A stretch of 64,000 nt of DNA from Lepidodermella squamata (lineage: Eukaryota > Animalia > Gastrotricha), in the NCBI GenBank assembly GCA_047495785.1, contig JBLDXI010000017.1:1922001-1986000 (forward strand). The letters are read 5' to 3'. Positions 58,955-64,000 of this stretch are shown one piece after another. A program made the position numbers and the translations under genes. The notes beneath the pieces were generated by a model. The model was not told the DNA's origin and ran no database searches. It saw only the letters and a list, made by a program, of their open reading frames with translations. Position 1 is the stretch's first letter; each line of letters starts with the position of its first letter.

Positions 58955-61900
58955 ATGATTTTGTTAACTAAGTCAATTTACACCGTTTGCCTCTTGCCAA
59001 TATTGGCAACTGCAGTTCTCAGTCAAGAAGCATCAGACAATGACCTTTGGCCCCCGGCTGGGCTGAGGGATGAATGGATTACCACCTGCAATTTCCGTAA
59101 CTCATCGCCCTGTAAGGTGTTCTTCAACTACGCCCGCGGGGCCCAGAACGTATTTGCTGTCCAGGCGGAAGATACCGGCAGCGAAGGTCGATCGATGCCG
59201 ACTATTAGATTCATCGCAACCGGAAGACAGATGAAAGGCGTCGCAAGGTACGGATCGAAGTACCTCATCCCTTCGCCCTTCAGCCCGGTCAAAGCTCTGT
59301 GCGTTTCATTTCGCTACCGTCTAACGGGCGATGCCTCACTTGGCCTTGTTGAGCAACCTCAAGGTGGACGCGAGAACACTTTTTGGAAGGACCTGGGTGG
59401 CAATCCGAACATCAAGAAGGGCGAGTGGCACTTTCACACCAGCCAGATCACTCAAAACCGGCCTGTAAAATTGATTTTCAACGCCATCGTGAACAGCGCT
59501 GGCGGTCAAGTTGCCCTGGCCGATATCTATCTCTACAACTACACCTGCACGACAAAGGATGGAGATAGCTTTGTACCTTACACCGGTGCGAGCCGTGCTT
59601 TGAGTGATGCTCCTTACTGGGCACCTATTCCGAATCCCGTGATTCCATATGAAATTCAAGGCGGCTTCACAGCGACGCAACGATCGATGATCATGCGCTT
59701 CTTCACTGATGCTTTCGCCAAAACCTGCGTCCGTTTTGTCGCCCGCACTTCCGAAGCCAACTACATGAACTTCATCAAGGTGGATCCTGGAAGCGGCTGC
59801 TCGGCTGATTTAGGAAGTGTTGGTCAGACAAAGGTTACCCTCGAAGATGACTGCTTTGACCAGGGTTATTGGAATATTGCCCACATGATTATGCACGGTC
59901 TCGGTCTTCGACATGAGCATGTCCGGCCTGATCGTGACAACTTTGTCCGAGTTAACACTGCTAACATCGATCCGACAAAAGTTGCTCAGTTCACCCGACG
60001 TGATTCTTGGAATCCAGCGGTTCTGAAGGTGCAATACGATTACAATTCGGTGAGCTAAACTACAAGAAAAAGTTGCTCTTTAATGTCTAGTTTTTATTTC
60101 ATACAGATCATGCACTTCTTCAGAGACCAGTATTCGAGCAATGGCTACAACACCATTGAGAAGAAGGATGATTCTGAATTCGATCTGTCAAACAGACAAG
60201 GTCCAACAAATCTGGATTTCCAAAAGATTGCCGCTGTTTATTGCAACGGCGTTGTCAAGCCTGGTAGCACCCCAGCTCCTCAGCCAGTTACGACCACAAC
60301 CGTTAGGCCATCAACCAGCAACCTCACCCCATGCACTTCGACAAGCACCCTCGAGCGTCCTTCGGGTCAGATTACGAACGACGTCATCCCCGGTGGAACC
60401 TATCGAAACGGTGAGAATTGTGGCTGGCTGCTCAAAGCTCCTCAGGGCAAACTTATCACCGCGCGTGTGACCATGTTGGATATTGAGGACTCTTCTCGTT
60501 GCAGCAAAGACGTTCTAACGATTTATGACGGAGATGCCTGGGATACTGCCCCTGTCATTGCTCAGCTTTGCGGTAACAGCCGACCCCTTGAAAATTACAC
60601 CTCAACTGCTGAGAACTTACTCGTTGTTCTATTTACTGACGACAACATCCAAGCTCGAGGATTCCAGATTGCCTATCAGGTTATCAGCAAAACTCCTGAT
60701 ACTGGGCCCTCGGCTGATGCATCCCTGTCTCCAGCTGACTGTAATTTCGAGCAATCTACCTGCGGTTGGGCGCAAGCTAGTACCGACCTGAAGTGGAACC
60801 GCAAAAAGTTGACTGGCCAGATTGATGACGACCACTCGACTTCTTCTACTGGCGGATCTTACGTCGCGATTGATTCAGCCACCGCAACTGCTCCGAATCA
60901 GTTTGGCGTTATTCGATCGAGCCGCATTCAGTGGTCTGATGGTTATGCCTGCTTTTCGTTCTGGTATCGCATTGCCGGTGCTGCGAGTAACATCAGACTT
61001 CAGGTCTTCTACGCAACTAATACGGGCGATCTTAACAAGCTGTGGGATGCTGATGATGCAGCCAATGCTCCAGTCAAAGCTGCTTCAACTAGAACTTGGC
61101 AGCAGGCTTCAATGCGCGTTTACGACATCGATGCCGATTTTTACAGGCTCAATATCAACGCCACTGTTAGGAATAACGCTGTTCGTGGTGGCATTGCCGT
61201 AGACGATATCGTCTTGACCCAGCAGGAATGCGATGCTGACTTACCTCCCCCAATCGATGACGGCTCATCAAATGTTCCGGATACCACTCCGCCCACAACT
61301 CAGCCATCACCCGTTGTCACAGGATCGCCATCAAGCAGTTCTAGCTATTCTTGCGATTTCGAGAATAATTTCTGTAGATGGAGCAATGCGTCCATTGGCG
61401 CTGATTCAAACTGGATCAGATTCGCTGGACGCTCTACTGCGGGATCTCAGTACGGTGTTCAGGTCGATCGCACCAAGGGAACCCCGAGTGGTAGATACTT
61501 ATTGCTGAACAGCTTCCCGAACACCAAGAGAACTGCAAGAGTCGAAACCAGTATTCCTGCTAACTCTGGTTTCAAATGCTTCGAGCTCTACTACATGATG
61601 TATGGTGAGCATCTTGGTCGCGTCCGAATTTTAGCTCGAACTGGAGATGGAGCCGACAGTGAAATGCTGCTCTACGAAGCTAGCGGTAACAAGAATAACA
61701 AATGGACCCTAGCTCAGGCCTCGGTTGACGGCCTTCTCCAGGCTTACACATTGGTTGTTGAGGGCTACACGACCGGCCAAACCGACGGCGATGTTGGCGT
61801 TGACGACTTCGTACTCCGTGCTAACGACTGCTATTCTCCTCCTCTTCAGGACGTGGCTACTACCACACCTTATATGACTCCTGATTATGAGTTCATGTGC

Positions 61901-62989
61901 GATTTCGAGGACAACGCTTTCTGCGCCAAGGCTCTTCGTCTTCAAAACGACGGAACAGCTGATTTGCAATTCAGAACTGCCCAGGGAGCGACGACAGGAG
62001 GTCCAACTACGGATCACTCTCAGGGTAACGCTAGGGGTCGTTATGGTTTGGCTAGCGGCGGGTTCAACGGTGCTACATCGATGTTGCGGACGAAAAATCT
62101 TAGTCAGGACCAAGCAACTTGCATGACGTTCTGGTACTTCATGGGCAACAATGACGCTGGAGGTATTAACGTGTCTGTGATCGACCGTGACGGTGAGCGT
62201 CCAATCTATCAAATTTCGTCGAGCAACCGTTTCACTGGCTCTTGGATCAATCCACAAGTCCCGGTTTCTCGAACAAACGGCCAGTTTGCTATCAAATTCA
62301 CCGCTATTTCAGGTGGAAGCAGATCAGTCATCGCTATCGACGATATCGAGATGGGCCGCAATTCCAAATGCACCCCACTCAGCCGCTCCGGTTCAGCCCT
62401 TCTTCCTCCTGGGCAACGTCGTAAGCGTCAATCTTCTCAAATCGACTGTCGATTCGGTAACAACGACTTCTGCGACTGGACTAACAATGGAAAATGGCAA
62501 GCAGTTACAACTTCTGCTCAGGTTGAGACCAGCGGGCCTGATGATCGCTTCGCGCACGTCACCAGTGGTCGTCTCATTGTTTCAGCCAACAACGCTCGTA
62601 CACTGCCTGGGGCACCGTCCGCAGATCTGACGTCGAACTTGACTGGCATTCTGACTTCACCTACAGTCAATAACATCCCGAGGTCTTGCTTCCGGTTTTA
62701 CTACAAACTCAGTGGATGGTACCGTGCTTTACCCATGGATACCCTTACTGTCTACATTCGCAGCGCTGCAAATGCCAATCGACGCCGCATTATCGCCTCG
62801 CTTTCGGCGTCTCAGTCGCCCCTCCGCGATTCTATGGACGAATGGATCGAACAGCGTTTCACTGTTTTCGAGCCCCAAAGCTACCAAGTCATCCTGGAAG
62901 GCACTACTGGTGACTCTTGGATCGGCACTCTCGCCGTTGACGACATCCAGCTGAAGTCGAGCCCTTGCCCGAGTGCTACCTTCCGTTGA
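58955..62989 (+). CDS. Secreted MAM-like/astacin/CUB/4xMAM protein (~1325 aa) lacking the catalytic Glu, 2 exons
   Basis: Signal peptide; TCVRF, GCS..G, HMIMHGLGLRHEHVRPDRD, YDYNS|IMHF across intron 60050-60106; CUB; four C.F...C/DD MAM modules; TATA-like box at ~58868; AATAAA at ~63069. Confidence 0.92.
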
Positions 62990-63719
62990 AAATCGCTAAA
63001 ATATCTTTCTAATTGCTGTAATTTGTCCGATTTATTAGATTCTTACTCAATGATGATGATTTTTCAATAATAAAACATGTGACTTTGTAAGGCTTGCATG
63101 GCTTTGAGCATGAATCAATTGCTGCATTGGAGAAACTCGAGATTGTCGGCCCATTAGGAATTGCATGGGCGCATCGCACTTACCATAAAATTACTATGCT
63201 TTTAATTCGATGGGTTTGATCAGATCAGCTATTTGAATAAAGCAATCGTGCATTTGACTGCAGGCGATTCTGCCGTCCTAGTAATATAGGGTTTTCGTTC
63301 TTCGAATTGTAAATCATGTAGGTCAAACAGGGCCTTACATTATCTCTTGAGATCCAAATGAAAATGGCATGATGAGGGGGAAGTTTGTACACCATTATCA
63401 GATTCTAATATCTTTGAATTTAGCGTAACACCCCGCCACAAAACGGCAAAAGTGAGAAATTGCCAGAAGTGAGCGGAGAGAGAAAAATCTTGTGGTGGCG
63501 CTACATGTTAACATAATAGATGTGCTCTACATACAAATGCAGTGCTTGGACATGCATCCAGGAATATGCTGAGAAAAAAATCGCCCGCACTGTAAAATGC
63601 GTTGGCTGAAGGAGTGCTACATCTATGTTGATTCATTGTTCAAGCTAAAGCCAAAGCGGAAACATTTAAAGACAGCATCTTGAAATGTCTTTCTATCATT
63701 TATTTGTTTAGCCAAAATT

Positions 63720-64000
63720 ATGACAGTATTGAAGACAGCTATCCACTTTGCAGCTCTCGTTCAAATCGCTATTTTAGCAGACAGTGCAGAGAAGTTGGTA
63801 CCTCCACCGGATGCTAAGCCAACGGCGAGCTGTTCAACTCTTAACTGTTTAGATTGGGAACAGACTTACGGCTGGGATGAAAGCGAGGACACAGAAGGCG
63901 CGGAAAGATTCGGCTATTTCCGAGTTACCGATCCTTCAAATGAGCAAATCATCTCGAAAAAGATCGAGGTGATACAGGATCCAGATTTAACCGCGGCATG
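63720..64000 (+). CDS. 5' end of a secreted protein, possibly MAM-like, running off the window
   Basis: Open frame MTVLKTAIHFAALVQIAILADSAEKLVPPPDAKPTASCSTLNCLDW...; signal peptide and PP..C....C..W pattern like the N-terminus of 464..2340. Confidence 0.6.
   Translation, partial: MTVLKTAIHFAALVQIAILADSAEKLVPPPDAKPTASCSTLNCLDWEQTYGWDESEDTEGAERFGYFRVTDPSNEQIISKKIEVIQDPDLTAA

Overview
Eukaryotic, metazoan DNA from a compact, gene-dense invertebrate genome. Most introns are GT-AG and about 45-60 nt; the taxon cannot be fixed from this window. From left to right it holds: secreted MAM/CUB and sushi (CCP) genes, one apparently spliced onto two dynein-light-chain-like domains; an unannotated 75-aa secreted peptide gene; SNAPC3; LINE and pogo-like remnants; two tetraspanins; tRNA-Thr(TGT); a T-synthase (C1GALT1) with a degenerate tandem paralog; a divergent Cys-loop channel; a foldback/Mutator-like element with a 9-bp TSD carrying an OTU domain; one orphan GPCR plus nine tandem FFAR4-like GPCRs with rewired conserved motifs; a two-domain METTL24-like gene; an intronless ARNT-like bHLH-PAS gene; and a MAM-astacin-CUB-MAM gene lacking the catalytic Glu. 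Three identical dispersed U4 snRNA genes carry a non-canonical Sm site (ACUUUCUGG) and share an upstream PSE-like motif. The best candidates for new biology are the GPCR array, the variant U4, the CCP-DLC fusion and the OTU-carrying element. Gene models and family calls were made by eye from recalled motifs; no searches were run.
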